Positions 46,317 to 62,254 of a stretch of 64,000 bases of DNA are shown here, in pieces; the first letter of the stretch is position 1; every line of letters starts with the position of its first letter. Source of the stretch: Syntrophorhabdaceae bacterium (GTDB lineage Bacteria; Desulfobacterota; Syntrophorhabdia; Syntrophorhabdales; Syntrophorhabdaceae); contig CAXXUO010000009.1 of the NCBI GenBank assembly GCA_963666485.2, forward strand, positions 256,001 to 320,000. Direction: 5' to 3'. The position numbers and the translations under genes are program-made. Under the pieces are notes generated by a model. That model saw only the letters and a list, made by a program, of their open reading frames with translations, made no database searches and was not told where the DNA came from.

Positions 46317-46856
46317 TTACTCCTTGACGAAATTGAACCCCATTTGGAGGGCTTCTTTGTTTAATTTTATCAGCTTGGCCTTTCCTTCGCCGAGCAGTTC
46401 GGCGAGATTCTTTATCATGGCCTCGAATGAGATGATGCTGCTCGCTTTTATCAGTGCGCCAAGCATGATCATGTTGGCGACCTTGGTAGTACCGATCTGT
46501 TCTGCCAGTTCCGTTGTCGGTATCGAAAGCACTTCGATGTCGCTCCGCGCCGCGTCTGTGTTCACGAGTGAAGCGTTCACGCAGATAAGCCCGCCGGACG
46601 ACAGGATGTTCTGGAACCTGTTAAACGAGGGCTGGTTCATCGCCACGACAAATTCGGGTTCAGAAGCGACGGGGGAAGCGATCTCCTCATCGGAGACAAC
46701 GACGGTACAGTTCGCTGTGCCGCCGCGGACCTCCACGCCGTACGAGGGGAGATATGTAACGTATTTCCCTTCGAGCATCGCGGCGTTCGCAAGGGTGAAA
46801 CCCATCGAAAGGACGCCCTGCCCGCCAAAACCTGAAAATATAGTTCGTGTCATCAT
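46317..46856 (-). CDS. 2-oxoacid:ferredoxin oxidoreductase gamma subunit
   Basis: SGFGGQGV, PSYGVEVRGGTA, NMIMLGAL. Confidence 0.92.
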   Translation of the reverse strand: MMTRTIFSGFGGQGVLSMGFTLANAAMLEGKYVTYLPSYGVEVRGGTANCTVVVSDEEIASPVASEPEFVVAMNQPSFNRFQNILSSGGLICVNASLVNTDAARSDIEVLSIPTTELAEQIGTTKVANMIMLGALIKASSIISFEAMIKNLAELLGEGKAKLIKLNKEALQMGFNFVKE

Positions 46857-47590
46857 AATTTATCTTTCACCACTCCAAGCGGGAATTGTTTTGCCATCAC
46901 ATCGTCAATCCACCGGCACGACTCGACCGGCCCCATTTTCCAGTTCGTGGGACAGGGGGAGAGGATCTCGACGAGGGAGAAGCCTTTTCCGTCGAGCTGG
47001 CACTGAAATGCCTTCTTGATAGCTTTTTTTGCCTTGACCACAGCCGCCGGCTTGTTCACTGTGACGCGCTCAAGGTATGTCGTTCCGTCGAGCATGGAAA
47101 ATACCTCACAGATCCTCACGGGGTGGCCTGCGATAATGGGGTCCCTGCCTTCCGGCGTTGTGGTGGTAACCTGGTCGGTGAGGGTTGTCGGCGCCATCTG
47201 CCCGCCTGTCATTCCATACACGCCATTATTGACGAAAATGACCGTGATCGGCTCGCCGCGATTCGCCGCATGGAAACCCTCGGCGGTACCGATCGCCGCA
47301 AGGTCGCCGTCCCCCTGATAGGAAAAAACGAGGTTGTCGGGCCGCACTCTCTTAATGCCGGTCGCAACCGCCGCACCGCGGCCGTGGGCCGATTCCAGCG
47401 TATCGATATCAAAATAGTTGTACACGAGCATGCCGCATCCGGCGGGAGCGACGCAGATGGCCTTCTCGCGAAGCCCCATCTCCTCGATCACTTCCATGAG
47501 AAGCCGGTTGATGATGCCGTGCCCGCACCCCGGGCAATAATGGAAGTGGGCCTCTTTCATCGTCTTCGGTCGGGTATACACTTTCTTCAT
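46853..47590 (-). CDS. 2-oxoacid:ferredoxin oxidoreductase beta (TPP-binding) subunit, Vor-like
   Basis: YCPGCGHG, HGRG, YQGDGDLAAIG, NNGVYGMTGGQ, SPCPTNW. Confidence 0.92.
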   Translation of the reverse strand: MKKVYTRPKTMKEAHFHYCPGCGHGIINRLLMEVIEEMGLREKAICVAPAGCGMLVYNYFDIDTLESAHGRGAAVATGIKRVRPDNLVFSYQGDGDLAAIGTAEGFHAANRGEPITVIFVNNGVYGMTGGQMAPTTLTDQVTTTTPEGRDPIIAGHPVRICEVFSMLDGTTYLERVTVNKPAAVVKAKKAIKKAFQCQLDGKGFSLVEILSPCPTNWKMGPVESCRWIDDVMAKQFPLGVVKDKL

Positions 47591-48657
47591 GACTGCTTCC
47601 TTCGGGATGCCGTGTAATAGTGGCGCCCAATGATGCGGTAGAGCTCGACCGGCGTCGGGATGACACCGCCCGGCCTGCCATAAAAATGGATATGCCCTTT
47701 ACCTGCGAGGGCAAGCCTGACATCCTCGATCAGCTGGCCGGCACTCATCTCGAAAACGAAAAATTCATGAACCGTCTTCGCAAGTTCCTGGAGTATCGGG
47801 GCCGGAAAGGGCCATGCGGTGATCGGCCGCACCATGCCGACCTTCAAATTCTCCTGGCGGAGCCGCTTTATGGCGCCCTTTGCGATCCTTGCGCCGATCC
47901 CGTAGGCAACGACGATCATTTCGGCGTCGTCGACGAGGAAGGTCTCGTACCGTACCTCGTTCTGCTCCATCCTCTGGTATTTCCTGACAAGTTTCCAGTT
48001 ATGCTCTTCCTCTTCTTTGGTATCGAACAGAAGCGACCGGACCATGCGGGAAGGCCTCCCCTTTGCGCCGGTAAGCACGTAATCTTTCGGATACTCTTTC
48101 GGGGGAGTGATATTGTCGAAATCCACCGGTTCCATCATCTGGCCCAGCATGCCGTCACCGAGTATAACGACCGGGTTCCGGTACTGGTCGGCCAGGTCGA
48201 AGGCAAGCGGGATAACCTCGGTAAGCTCCTGCACGGACCCCGGGGCGAGCACGATAGTCTTGTAGTCGCCATGTCCTCCGCCGCGCGTTGCCTGCAGGTA
48301 ATCCGACTGCGCCGGCGAGATATTTCCCATGCCGGGCCCTCCCCTGACCATATCGACGACGACTGCGGGCAACTCGTCGGCAGCCAGGTAGCTGATGCCT
48401 TCCTGCTTGAGGCTCATGCCGGGGCTGCTCGATGATGTCATGGCGCGCGCGCCCGCGACAGATGCGCCGAGGACCATGTTGATCGCCGCTATTTCGCTCT
48501 CGGACTGGATAAAGACCCTGCCGAGCTCGGTCATCCTCTTCGCCATGTACTCGGTCAGTTCGTTCTGCGGCGTGATCGGGTAACCGAAATAGCACATGCA
48601 GCCGGATAAGATCGCCGCCTCTCCAAGGGCGGCATTGCCGCTCATCAGCTTTTTCAA
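47587..48657 (-). CDS. 2-oxoacid:ferredoxin oxidoreductase alpha subunit, Vor-like
   Basis: GYPITPQNE, QSESEIAA, TSSSSPG, RGGPG. TTG start at 48657 overlaps the ferredoxin stop. Confidence 0.92.
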   Translation of the reverse strand: MKKLMSGNAALGEAAILSGCMCYFGYPITPQNELTEYMAKRMTELGRVFIQSESEIAAINMVLGASVAGARAMTSSSSPGMSLKQEGISYLAADELPAVVVDMVRGGPGMGNISPAQSDYLQATRGGGHGDYKTIVLAPGSVQELTEVIPLAFDLADQYRNPVVILGDGMLGQMMEPVDFDNITPPKEYPKDYVLTGAKGRPSRMVRSLLFDTKEEEEHNWKLVRKYQRMEQNEVRYETFLVDDAEMIVVAYGIGARIAKGAIKRLRQENLKVGMVRPITAWPFPAPILQELAKTVHEFFVFEMSAGQLIEDVRLALAGKGHIHFYGRPGGVIPTPVELYRIIGRHYYTASRRKQS

Positions 48658-48863
48658 GTTTTCATCACCTCTATAGCCACTTCGGGACACATGACAGCAC
48701 ACGTGGCGCATCCCGTACATTCTTTCCCGTCGTCAAAAGCAGCGACGAAATAACCCTTCGCATTGAGCCTGTCCGAGATCGCAATCACTTTCTTCGGGCA
48801 GAACTCAATGCAGAGGGCACACCCTTTGCACCGTTCCGGATCAATACTGATTGTGCCTTTCAT
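48654..48863 (-). CDS. 2x[4Fe-4S] ferredoxin (delta subunit)
   Basis: CKGCALCIEFCP and CTGCATCAVMCP. Confidence 0.93.
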   Translation of the reverse strand: MKGTISIDPERCKGCALCIEFCPKKVIAISDRLNAKGYFVAAFDDGKECTGCATCAVMCPEVAIEVMKT

Positions 48864-49114
48864 GGAAAAATTAACACCTCTCGAATTTGGAAAGCCTTTA
48901 AGATTAGCGTACTGCAAATATCGTTGTCAACTTTTTTGTCGATCATGTTTACCATCCCGCGGGAACGCCCGGGAACCTTTCCACGGGGGTCGAACACTTA
49001 AGATAATAAAGGATGAAAAAGCGGATAATTTTTATCAACAATGTCGCCTAAATCCTTAAATGATGGAACAATTTTATTGATTTTATGGTCTTATCTGTCT
49101 TAAGGTTTTATAAA

Positions 49115-50014
49115 ATGGAAATAAGGCTACTCGAGACGTTTCTCAAGATCGCTGAACTCAAGAGTTTCACGCGGGCTGCCGACGAGCTTTGCATAACCCA
49201 ACCCACCGTAAGCAAGCAGATAGTCGATCTGGAGCAATTTTTTAACGTAAGGCTGATAGACAGGACCAAGCGGACAGTGACCCTGACAAAGGCCGGCGAG
49301 ATCCTGTATCAGTACGCCCTCGAGATGATGCGCCTGAAAAAAGACACGATCGAGGCCATCGCCTCGTTCCGCGGGCTCAAGAAAGGGAAGATGACCCTCG
49401 GGGCAAGCACGATCCCCGGAATATACATTATGCCCCGCCTGCTCTCAGATTTTAAGAAACGGTATGAAGGGATCACGTTCGAGCTCATCATTGCCGATAC
49501 AAAAGAGATCATCGAAAAAATGGAGAACGGCCTTCTCGATTTCGGGATAGTCGGGTCGAGAACCGAAACAGGCAAGGTCGATTTCAAGAAACTGATAGAT
49601 GACACGATCGTGTTCATCGGGCCGCGGGAGTTTCCCGACCACATCACGGTCGAGCAGTTAAGTCAGACCCCGCTCATTGCCCGCGAACGCGGTTCCGGTA
49701 CGCGCAACACCGTGGAGGCGGCGTTGTCAAAGATACGGGCGCTCGAGAGGAAAGGCCTCAATATAACGGCGGAACTCTCGGACAATGAAGCTATAAAGCA
49801 GGCCGTTATGTCGGGGCTCGGCATGGCCTACATATCAAAACTGGCCGTCGAGGGCCTTATCCGTGACGGTATGGTGAAGAAGGTGGTTATTGAAGGGTTC
49901 CCCGATGTAAAACGGTCCTTCTTCATGATCACCCGAAAAGGAAAGACGATCCTTCCGCAAGTGAAGGTGCTTATGGAAATAATTGACAAATGGAGAAAGC
50001 ATGAAAAGAAATAA
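49115..50014 (+). CDS. LysR-family regulator (CysL-like)
   Basis: SFTRAADELCITQPTVSKQI, LGASTIPG, RERGSGTR. Confidence 0.92.
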   Translation: MEIRLLETFLKIAELKSFTRAADELCITQPTVSKQIVDLEQFFNVRLIDRTKRTVTLTKAGEILYQYALEMMRLKKDTIEAIASFRGLKKGKMTLGASTIPGIYIMPRLLSDFKKRYEGITFELIIADTKEIIEKMENGLLDFGIVGSRTETGKVDFKKLIDDTIVFIGPREFPDHITVEQLSQTPLIARERGSGTRNTVEAALSKIRALERKGLNITAELSDNEAIKQAVMSGLGMAYISKLAVEGLIRDGMVKKVVIEGFPDVKRSFFMITRKGKTILPQVKVLMEIIDKWRKHEKK

Positions 50015-51290
50015 TGTTCTCATGATGGCGATCGCCCTGACTTTGATCATGGTCTGCGCGAGTGCCGCCAATGCAAAAGTCTATCTTGATGTCTACGGTA
50101 CGACATTCAAAAAGATAACGATCGGCATCCCTGCATTTAAGAGTGAAAAGCTTGACAAATCGACCGCCGATATGAGCGATGTCCTGAACCGGGACCTCGA
50201 CCTTTCAGGCTTTTTCATTACGGCCCCGGCGTCCCTCATCGATAAAGAGCTCATAAACGAAGGCATCGAAAAATCAGAGGTCAAATTCGCCTCGTGGCGT
50301 TCCATAGGCATCGACCTCGTCTGCAAGGCGCGCGTCCAGGTGGCGGGGGGAGAATTGACCCTGGAGGCCTTCGTGTATGATACCCTTGACGGATCGATCA
50401 TGCTGGCAAAACGGTATAAGGCAAAAACCGGCGAGGCGAGGCGCGTGGTGCACAGGCTGGCTGACGATATCATCTTCGCAGCCACCGGCGAAAAAGGTAT
50501 CTGCAGCTCCCGGATACTCTTCACGGCCGGCCGCCGGAGCCTGAAAGAGGTTTACATCTCCGATTTCGACGGGCAGAACGTGAGCCGCCTTACAAATTAC
50601 CGGAGCATCACGGTTTCACCGTCACTGTCCCCGAATGGGAAATACCTTGCCTATACATCGTATAAGGAGGGAAGGCCGAACCTGTACGTCACCGATTTCG
50701 ATCACAAGGGCGAGATATTCGTCGACCGTTCGGAAGGGATGAAGATCGGCACGGCCTGGCTCAATAACTCAACACTGGTCTATTCTCACACATCCGGCAG
50801 GACATCGACGATATATGCTTTTGACGTCGGAAGCCGCAGCAAGAGGGTCATTCTCCAGAGAGACGGCATCCTTACCTCGCCTACCGTGTCAGCAGACGGG
50901 TCGCGGCTCGTCTTTGTATCGGACATGTACGGAACGCCGCAGATATTCTCGAAGGGCCTGCCTTCGGGCGAGATAAAACGGCTCACGTATAGCGGAAAAT
51001 ATAACAGCGCCCCCTCGTACTCGCCCAAGGGCGACCTCATTGCGTTCATTTGCAACGTGGGGAGCTTCGAGGTGTGCACAATGAACTCTGACGGGTCCAA
51101 CCAGAGGGTCCTGACGAATGACGGCTCCGTCAATGATTCGCCCCAGTTCTCAACGTGCGGGCGCTACATCATCTACACGTCGATGAAGGGCGGAGTCAAC
51201 AAGGTAAACGTCATGCTGTTCAACGGCGAAAATAAAAGGACATTGCGTTTTACCGATTTCGCGGAGGAACAGCCTAAATTCGTTCCGTAA
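50001..51290 (+). CDS. tolB: Tol-Pal beta-propeller protein TolB
   Basis: Signal peptide, DLDLSG, PD40 repeats (SPSLSPNGKYLAYTS, APSYSPKGD); upstream of pal. Confidence 0.92.
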   Translation: MKRNNVLMMAIALTLIMVCASAANAKVYLDVYGTTFKKITIGIPAFKSEKLDKSTADMSDVLNRDLDLSGFFITAPASLIDKELINEGIEKSEVKFASWRSIGIDLVCKARVQVAGGELTLEAFVYDTLDGSIMLAKRYKAKTGEARRVVHRLADDIIFAATGEKGICSSRILFTAGRRSLKEVYISDFDGQNVSRLTNYRSITVSPSLSPNGKYLAYTSYKEGRPNLYVTDFDHKGEIFVDRSEGMKIGTAWLNNSTLVYSHTSGRTSTIYAFDVGSRSKRVILQRDGILTSPTVSADGSRLVFVSDMYGTPQIFSKGLPSGEIKRLTYSGKYNSAPSYSPKGDLIAFICNVGSFEVCTMNSDGSNQRVLTNDGSVNDSPQFSTCGRYIIYTSMKGGVNKVNVMLFNGENKRTLRFTDFAEEQPKFVP

Positions 51291-51338
51291 AGGGAACAAA
51301 CAAACAGATAGATGAAGAAACACGCGGGAGGATGTAGA

Positions 51339-51887
51339 ATGAAGCGTATCGCATTATTGTCATTGGTGGTGGTAATGGTCCTTATTATGGCGGGATGCGC
51401 AAAGAAGCAGGTCCAGGTGGCGCCGCCCGTGACACAGACGGGACCCCAGGACAGCGCCCTGTCCGAAGAGGAAAAAAGGCGGATAGCCGAAGAAGAGCTG
51501 GCACGGGCCGAGAGAGACCGCCTCCTGCGTGAACAGGAACGGATGGCCGGCATACTGCGGGACGTGCTCTTTGATTTTGACAGCTACGCGGTAAGCCCCG
51601 CCGAACTGCCGAAGATCGAAGGTGTCGGTTCATATATGAAGCAGGAAAGAAATGTAAAAATAGTAGTGGAAGGCCATTGCGATGAGCGGGGGACCGTTGA
51701 CTACAACTTTGCCCTCGGGCAGAAAAGGGCCGAAGCGGTGAAGAGTTACCTCGTCAAGCTCGGCATCGATCCCGGCAGGGTCCGTACGATATCCTATGGC
51801 AAGGAATTGCCCCTCGAGACGGGGCAAACAGAGGATGCCTGGGCCAAGAACCGGCGGGCCCATTTCAAGATCGACCAGAAGGGGTGA
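51339..51887 (+). CDS. pal: Peptidoglycan-associated lipoprotein
   Basis: Lipobox MAGC, FDFDS, EGHCDERG..YNFALGQKRA, SYGKE, KNRR. Confidence 0.96.
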   Translation: MKRIALLSLVVVMVLIMAGCAKKQVQVAPPVTQTGPQDSALSEEEKRRIAEEELARAERDRLLREQERMAGILRDVLFDFDSYAVSPAELPKIEGVGSYMKQERNVKIVVEGHCDERGTVDYNFALGQKRAEAVKSYLVKLGIDPGRVRTISYGKELPLETGQTEDAWAKNRRAHFKIDQKG

Positions 51888-51890
51888 GAG

Positions 51891-52679
51891 ATGAAACATA
51901 TTTTTAAATACTTCCTGGCCCTGCCGATCATCGGCATGATCATTCTGACCGGGTGTGTCACAACCGAGGAGGCAACGAAGATCCAGGGCAACATGAGCTC
52001 CCTCCAGGGGGACTTCTACCAGTTCAAGCAGGATACGGACGCCCGGCTTGCAAAGATAGAAAGGGAACAGGAGAACTTGAGCAAGCAGGTCGTCAACATG
52101 TATTCATCCGTCGACAGCCGCGATGAAAAGATCCGGAACATCATGGGAAAACTGGATGAGCTGGAATACCAGATCAGGACAAACCAGGCTGAATCGCGGA
52201 CAACGTCCCTGACGAAGCGCGGCACCGATCAAGGCCCGCATATAACGACAACGGCACCGGAACCGAAGGGGAAAGCTACGGCAAAGACGCCGCCGCCAAA
52301 AACGGATGAGCGTTATGAAGAAGCCTACAAGGAAGCTTTCGATAGTTTCCAGCGCGGGCAATATGAAACGGCCATATCAAAATTTACCACCTTCACCGAA
52401 ACGTACAGCGGGACGCCGCTTGCATCCAACGCATTCTACTGGATCGGCGAGTCTTACATGAACCTCAAGAACTATGACAAGGCGATACTCTATTTCCAGG
52501 AGGTCATCGACAAGTACCCGAAAAGCGAAAAGGCACCGAGGGCCCTTCTGTCGCAGGCCGAGGCGTTTCGCCTGACCAATGACAAGAAAAGCGCGACCAC
52601 CCTTCTCAAGAGGATCATAGAGCTTTATCCGAAGAGCGAAGAGGCGATCATAGCGGAGCGGAAGCTGCGCAATCCCTGA
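51891..52679 (+). CDS. cpoB: Tol-Pal protein CpoB/YbgF
   Basis: Lipobox LTGC, coiled coil, TPRs (NAFYWIGESY, YPKSEKAP); follows pal. Confidence 0.9.
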   Translation: MKHIFKYFLALPIIGMIILTGCVTTEEATKIQGNMSSLQGDFYQFKQDTDARLAKIEREQENLSKQVVNMYSSVDSRDEKIRNIMGKLDELEYQIRTNQAESRTTSLTKRGTDQGPHITTTAPEPKGKATAKTPPPKTDERYEEAYKEAFDSFQRGQYETAISKFTTFTETYSGTPLASNAFYWIGESYMNLKNYDKAILYFQEVIDKYPKSEKAPRALLSQAEAFRLTNDKKSATTLLKRIIELYPKSEEAIIAERKLRNP

Positions 52680-52693
52680 TCTGATAGCTTGAA

Positions 52694-52740
52694 ATAAAAA
52701 AAATCCCTCCGGTCCAGCGGGCGCGGAGGGATTTTTTTAT
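52694..52740. terminator. Bidirectional intrinsic terminator between convergent cpoB and rpoC
   Basis: AAAAAAAATCCCTCCG...CGGAGGGATTTTTTT. Confidence 0.9.
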
Positions 52741-52753
52741 CCTAATGAACGGA

Positions 52754-56944
<4,191 letters not shown>

Positions 56945-56961
56945 GGTTGTTCCTCCTTGTT

Positions 56962-59900
56962 CTACTCTTCTTTGAGAAGCTCGACGTCAATACACAGGCC
57001 CTGGAGCTCTTTCACAAGAACATTGAAAGACTCCGGCAGGTTCGGTTCGAGAACGTCCTCGCCCTTGACGATAGCTTCATATGCCCTGATCCTTCCGTTG
57101 ACGTCATCCGATTTGATGGTCAGGAATTCCTGGAGGGAATAGGCAGCCCCGTACCCTTCGAGGGCCCATACTTCCATCTCGCCTAACCTCTGGCCGCCGA
57201 ACTGGGCCTTACCGCCAAGGGGCTGCTGGGTCACGAGCGAATACGGACCGATCGACCTCGCGTGTATCTTGTCGTCGACCAGGTGATGGAGCTTCAGGAA
57301 ATACATGTTGCCGACAGTGATCTGGTGATGGAAGGCCTCGCCGTTCCTGCCGTCGAAGAGAGTTGTCTGCCGGGAATCCTGAAGGCCTGCCTGTTTGAAG
57401 AACTCCCTGATCTCTTCCTCTTTTGCACTGTCGAATACCGGCACTGCTATATTCACGCCTTTTTTCATTGCCTCAGCCAACGATGCCAGTTCTTCCTCGT
57501 CGAGGCGGTCAATAACGCCCTTCAGTTCATTGTTGGAAAAGGTCTTTTTCAGGATCTTCTTGACCGACTGGGCATCGTTGATCTTCTTGTAATACCCGTC
57601 AACCATTTCGCCGATCCTCTTCCCCATCTCTTTGGCCGCCCAGCCGAGGTGCGTCTCCAGGATCTGGCCCGCGTTCATACGTGAGGGAACGCCCAGAGGG
57701 TTGAGAACGATATCGATCGGGACGCCTTCTTCGGTGAACGGCATATCTTCTTCCGGCAGAATGACCGAGACGATGCCCTTGTTCCCGTGGCGGCCCGATA
57801 TCTTGTCGCCGACCGCGACCTTGCGTTTCATCGCAACGTATACCTTGATCGTCTTGATGACGCCCGGCGGCAGCTCGTCGCCTTTCTTGATCTTGTTTAT
57901 CTTGTCTTCGTAAATGATATGGATAAGCTCGACCTGGTTCTCCTTGCTCTCGACGAGCTTTTTGATCCGGGCCTCGAGGTCTTCGTTGCCGAAGTCGATC
58001 TCCTGGAGCTTATCGAAGGAAAGTGCAATGACCTTGTCACGCGTGAACGCCTCGCCTTTCTTGAGGAGGACCTTGCCCTTGCCGTCCTTGATGTCGGCCG
58101 GGGTTGTCTTGCCCTCCAGGAGGTCGGCGATCTTTGTCTTCTTGCTTTCGAGGATGATCTTTATCTGGTCTTCCTGGTCTTTCAGGATGTTCGATATCTC
58201 TTTGTCTTCGATGTCGCGGCTGCGGTCGTCCTTGTCGATACCCCTGCGGGAGAGGACCTTGACGTCGATTATGATACCCTCGATGCCGTGGGGTACCCTG
58301 AGGCTGGTATCTTTGACATCGCCGGCCTTTTCGCCAAATATTGCCCTCAAGAGCTTCTCTTCCGGGGTCAGCTGCGTTTCACCCTTCGGTGTCACTTTGC
58401 CGACGAGAATATCACTCGGCTTGACCGTCGCGCCGATCCTGACGATACCGCTTTCGTCGAGGTCCTTCAGGGCGTCATCGCCCACGTTGGGGATGTCCCG
58501 TGTCACCTCTTCCTTGCCCAATTTTGTATCGCGGACCACGCACTCGAGTTCCTCGATGTGTATCGACGTGAAAACGTCCTCTTTGACGAGCCGCTCGTTG
58601 ATGAGGACGGAGTCCTCGTAGTTGTACCCTCTCCAGGGCATAAAGGCGACCATGACGTTCTTGCCGAGAGCCAGCTCGCCCCTGTCCGTCGAAGGGCCGT
58701 CGGCGAGGACATCGCCTTTCTTCACGAAATCGCCTTCCTTGACGATGACGCGCTGGTTGATGCACGTATCCTGGTTGGAGCGCCTGAATTTCAAAAGCTT
58801 GTAAACATCTATCTTCGTCGAGGCCTCGTCGTGGCCTTTCTTTTCTTCGTATTTGAGAATGATCCGGCTGGCATCGACGCTTTCGATCACGCCGTCGTGC
58901 CGCGCCATGATAGTCACCCGCGAGTCTCTTCCGACAACCCGCTCCATGCCCGTACCAATGATCGGTGCCTCGGTAATCACGAGCGGCACCGCCTGGCGCT
59001 GCATGTTCGAGCCCATGAGGGCCCTGTTCGCGTCGTCGTGTTCCAGGAAGGGTATGAGCGCGGCGGATGCGCTGACAAGCTGTTTCGGGGAAACATCCAT
59101 GTATTCGACCTGGCCGGGGCTCACGAGATAAACGCTCCCGCCTTTCTGGGCCGGGATCAGCTCGCCGAGCAGTTTGCCGTCTTTATCGACAGGCGCGTTT
59201 GCCTGGGCAATGTAGTATTGCTCCTCTTCCATTGCGCTTAAGTAACTGACGTCGTCCGTCACTTTCTTATCGACGACCTTCCGGTAGGGGGCCTCGATAA
59301 ATCCGAACTCATTGACCTTCGCAAATGTCGACAGTGACGCGATGAGGCCGATATTGGGGCCTTCAGGTGTTTCGATCGGGCATATCCTGCCGTAGTGTGT
59401 CGGGTGGACGTCACGGACCTCAAAACCGGCTCTTTCACGCGTGAGACCGCCGGGCCCGAGGGCTGACAGCCTGCGCTTGTGCGTGATCTCGCTCAAGGGG
59501 TTCGTCTGGTCCATGAACTGCGACAGCTGGCTCGATGCAAAAAAGTCTTTGACAGCGGTCGCCACGGGCTTCGGGTTGACAAGGTCGTGCGGCATGAGCG
59601 TTTCCATTTCCGGGAAGGTCAGCCTTTCCTTGATCGCCCGTTCCATGCGGACGAGACCCATCCTGAACTGGTTCTCGAGCAGTTCGCCGACGGTGCGGAC
59701 CCTTCTGTTGCCGAGGTGGTCAATATCGTCGCCGGGGCCGCGCGCGTCTTTGAGCTTCAAGAGTTGGTGAACGACCTCGATGATGTCCTCGCGCCTCAAG
59801 ATCGTCATGTCGAGGGCGACGTCGAGCCCGAGCCGGTGATTTATCTTGAGCCTGCCAACCCGGGACAGGTCATACCTCTCCGGGCTGAAGAACATGTTCT

Positions 59901-61077
59901 GAATGAGCGTCTCTGCGAACTCGATAGTAGGCGGATCGCCGGGGCGCAGTTTCCGGTATATCTCGATCAGTGCCTCGTCTTTCGTCGAGACCTTGTCGAT
60001 GTTCAGCGTGTTGCGAAGCGACGGGCTGACGTTCAGGTTGTCAATGAACAACACCTGGAAGTTCTTCACTTTTTTCCCGATCAGCGTCTCGAGGTAGTCC
60101 GTCGTGATCTCTTTGTTGATCGGTATGAGGACCTCTTTCGTCTTGGGATCGATGATCTCGCTGGCCGTAACCTTGCCGATAAGGTCTTCCTCTTCGATAG
60201 GTATCGCGTGGATGTTGGCCTGTTCCATTTTCCGGATGACGGCCTTCGTTATCTTCTTGTGTTTCTTGACAAGGACCTCGTCGGTCTTCTCGTTGACAAT
60301 GTCCGAAGGCGCCTTCTGGCCCAGAAGAAGAGCGAGCGGGGTCTCCTTGAACAGTCTCTTGTCTTTTATGACGATCGTCTCTTTTTCGTAAAAATAATCG
60401 AGGATCTCCTTTTCAGAGTATCCCAGCGATTTGAGGAACAAAGTGACGGGTATCTTCTTTTTCTTGTCGATTCTCACGTAAACGAGCTCTTTATGGTCGA
60501 ACTCGAAATCGAGCCATGAACCGCGGTACGGTATCACGCGCGCTGTATATGAAAGGCTGCCGCCTATGGTCGTCTTGGTCTGGTCGGTGTCGAAGTAGAC
60601 ACCGGGTGAACGGTGGAGCTGGCTGACAATGACCCGCTCCGTGCCATTTATAATGAATGTGCCGCGTTCCGTCATGAGAGGGATCTCGCCAAAATACACA
60701 TCCTGCTCCTTGACGGCGCGTATGTCCTTTGCTTTCGTGTCGGGATCAATATTCCATACGACGAGCCTGATCGTAACTTTCATCGGGGCGGCGAAAGTGA
60801 GCCCCCTGAAGATGCATTCCTCCTCCGAATTTTTGGGTTCGCCCATGTCGTACTTGACGAACTCGAGGGTAGTCGTATCGTGTGCATCCCTGATCGGGAA
60901 AACACTGCTGAAAACAGCCTGTAAGCCTATTGCGTCTCTTTTTTCCGCGGGAATATCTTTCTGTAAAAATTTCTCATACGAATCAAGCTGGATCTCGATA
61001 AGGTTCGGTATCTCGAGAACCTCTTTGATCTTTCCGTAATTTTTACGGAATATCCTGTTATGGAAAGTCTCTTTCAT
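56962..61077 (-). CDS. rpoB: RNA polymerase beta subunit
   Basis: [39 protein letters not shown]. Confidence 0.99.
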   Translation of the reverse strand: MKETFHNRIFRKNYGKIKEVLEIPNLIEIQLDSYEKFLQKDIPAEKRDAIGLQAVFSSVFPIRDAHDTTTLEFVKYDMGEPKNSEEECIFRGLTFAAPMKVTIRLVVWNIDPDTKAKDIRAVKEQDVYFGEIPLMTERGTFIINGTERVIVSQLHRSPGVYFDTDQTKTTIGGSLSYTARVIPYRGSWLDFEFDHKELVYVRIDKKKKIPVTLFLKSLGYSEKEILDYFYEKETIVIKDKRLFKETPLALLLGQKAPSDIVNEKTDEVLVKKHKKITKAVIRKMEQANIHAIPIEEEDLIGKVTASEIIDPKTKEVLIPINKEITTDYLETLIGKKVKNFQVLFIDNLNVSPSLRNTLNIDKVSTKDEALIEIYRKLRPGDPPTIEFAETLIQNMFFSPERYDLSRVGRLKINHRLGLDVALDMTILRREDIIEVVHQLLKLKDARGPGDDIDHLGNRRVRTVGELLENQFRMGLVRMERAIKERLTFPEMETLMPHDLVNPKPVATAVKDFFASSQLSQFMDQTNPLSEITHKRRLSALGPGGLTRERAGFEVRDVHPTHYGRICPIETPEGPNIGLIASLSTFAKVNEFGFIEAPYRKVVDKKVTDDVSYLSAMEEEQYYIAQANAPVDKDGKLLGELIPAQKGGSVYLVSPGQVEYMDVSPKQLVSASAALIPFLEHDDANRALMGSNMQRQAVPLVITEAPIIGTGMERVVGRDSRVTIMARHDGVIESVDASRIILKYEEKKGHDEASTKIDVYKLLKFRRSNQDTCINQRVIVKEGDFVKKGDVLADGPSTDRGELALGKNVMVAFMPWRGYNYEDSVLINERLVKEDVFTSIHIEELECVVRDTKLGKEEVTRDIPNVGDDALKDLDESGIVRIGATVKPSDILVGKVTPKGETQLTPEEKLLRAIFGEKAGDVKDTSLRVPHGIEGIIIDVKVLSRRGIDKDDRSRDIEDKEISNILKDQEDQIKIILESKKTKIADLLEGKTTPADIKDGKGKVLLKKGEAFTRDKVIALSFDKLQEIDFGNEDLEARIKKLVESKENQVELIHIIYEDKINKIKKGDELPPGVIKTIKVYVAMKRKVAVGDKISGRHGNKGIVSVILPEEDMPFTEEGVPIDIVLNPLGVPSRMNAGQILETHLGWAAKEMGKRIGEMVDGYYKKINDAQSVKKILKKTFSNNELKGVIDRLDEEELASLAEAMKKGVNIAVPVFDSAKEEEIREFFKQAGLQDSRQTTLFDGRNGEAFHHQITVGNMYFLKLHHLVDDKIHARSIGPYSLVTQQPLGGKAQFGGQRLGEMEVWALEGYGAAYSLQEFLTIKSDDVNGRIRAYEAIVKGEDVLEPNLPESFNVLVKELQGLCIDVELLKEE

Positions 61078-61118
61078 AAATTTATCTCACCTCATTTGGG
61101 TGTTAAAAGCGTAAAGAC

Positions 61119-61160
61119 AGGGATCCAGTGCGAGCTTCACCAGCGAAGCACTGGACCCCT
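61119..61160 (-). terminator. rplL-rpoB intercistronic stem-loop (attenuator-like)
   Basis: AGGGATCCAGTGC...GCACTGGACCCCT inverted repeat. Confidence 0.55.
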
Positions 61161-61183
61161 CTCTTTGTACAGCAATTTTCTTA

Positions 61184-61576
61184 TTAATCAACCTTAACCT
61201 GTCCGCTGACTTCTTCCAGCTGTTTCTTGATGTTCGCAGCTTCGTCTTTGGATACAGCTTCTTTAACCGCTTTCGGTACTCCTTCTACGAGATCTTTCGC
61301 TTCCTTGAGTCCAAGTCCGGTGATCGCGCGGACGACCTTGATGACCTGGATCTTCTTGTCTGCTTCGTAACCCGTAAGCGTTACGTTGAACTCGGTCTTC
61401 TCTTCGACAGCTTCCGCTGCAGGGGCCGCTGCCGCGCCGGCGCCTGCTCCAGCCGCCATCATCGGCATTGCTGCCTGTACGCCGAACTTATCTTCCAATT
61501 CCTTCACGAACTCGGAGAGTTCGAGCACTGTCATATTCTCGATGAAACTGATAACTTCTTCACGTGAAATTGCCAT
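61184..61576 (-). CDS. rplL: 50S ribosomal protein L7/L12
   Basis: [25 protein letters not shown]. Confidence 0.98.
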   Translation of the reverse strand: MAISREEVISFIENMTVLELSEFVKELEDKFGVQAAMPMMAAGAGAGAAAAPAAEAVEEKTEFNVTLTGYEADKKIQVIKVVRAITGLGLKEAKDLVEGVPKAVKEAVSKDEAANIKKQLEEVSGQVKVD

Positions 61577-61592
61577 GTATATGATCCTCCTT

Positions 61593-62114
61593 TTATGCTT
61601 GTTCTTTTTGCGCCTTGATGGAATTTAAAACGAGCATGAGCTTGTTCAAATTTCCCGACAGGGCGTAGACGAGACGGGTCGGCTGACCCTTGAGAAGCCC
61701 GACCAATTTGCCGAGCAGGATATCCCGTGACGGAAGGGTCGAGAGTTTCTGGATCTCTTCCGCGGTGATCGTACGATCACCGATATATCCTGCCTTCATT
61801 TTCAGGTTGGGCATTTCTTTGGCCAGACCGGCAATCACCTTCGCGGGGCCGATCGGGTCCGCGTTGGTACAAATGATCGCATTAGGACCGTCGAATTTGT
61901 CGTAAAGAGCTTCGGCTTTTGTACCTTTGGATGCAATCCTGAGAAGAGTGTTCTTGACGACGGTGAAATCCGTGCCAACATTGCGTAGCTCTCGTCTCAG
62001 TTTTGTTACCTGGGCTACGTTCATGCCGCTGAAGTCTGCCAGAAAAAGGCAGTCGAGCTCTTTTAACTTCGACTCTAATTCTTCAACAACCTTTGTTTTC
62101 TTTTGCCGTTCCAA
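61593..62114 (-). CDS. rplJ: 50S ribosomal protein L10
   Basis: VVKNTL, LSTLPSR; TTG start after GGAGG. Confidence 0.97.
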   Translation of the reverse strand: MERQKKTKVVEELESKLKELDCLFLADFSGMNVAQVTKLRRELRNVGTDFTVVKNTLLRIASKGTKAEALYDKFDGPNAIICTNADPIGPAKVIAGLAKEMPNLKMKAGYIGDRTITAEEIQKLSTLPSRDILLGKLVGLLKGQPTRLVYALSGNLNKLMLVLNSIKAQKEQA

Positions 62115-62175
62115 TGGTGTTTATCCCTCCTTTCTCTAGAATATGTATGGAAAGTCAGGGGAGAGACCATGCTAC

Positions 62176-62252
62176 GAAAAGCCTCGGCAGGCCGTTCCAA
62201 CGCTTAAGCGGCGCATCGATAAAAGCGCCACACCTGCTTTCTCTGACCTTTT
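62176..62252 (-). promoter_or_regulatory. L10 leader autoregulatory RNA
   Basis: Minus strand AGAGAAAGCAGG...TTAA...CCTGCCGAGG between rplA and rplJ. Confidence 0.75.
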
Positions 62253-62254
62253 CC

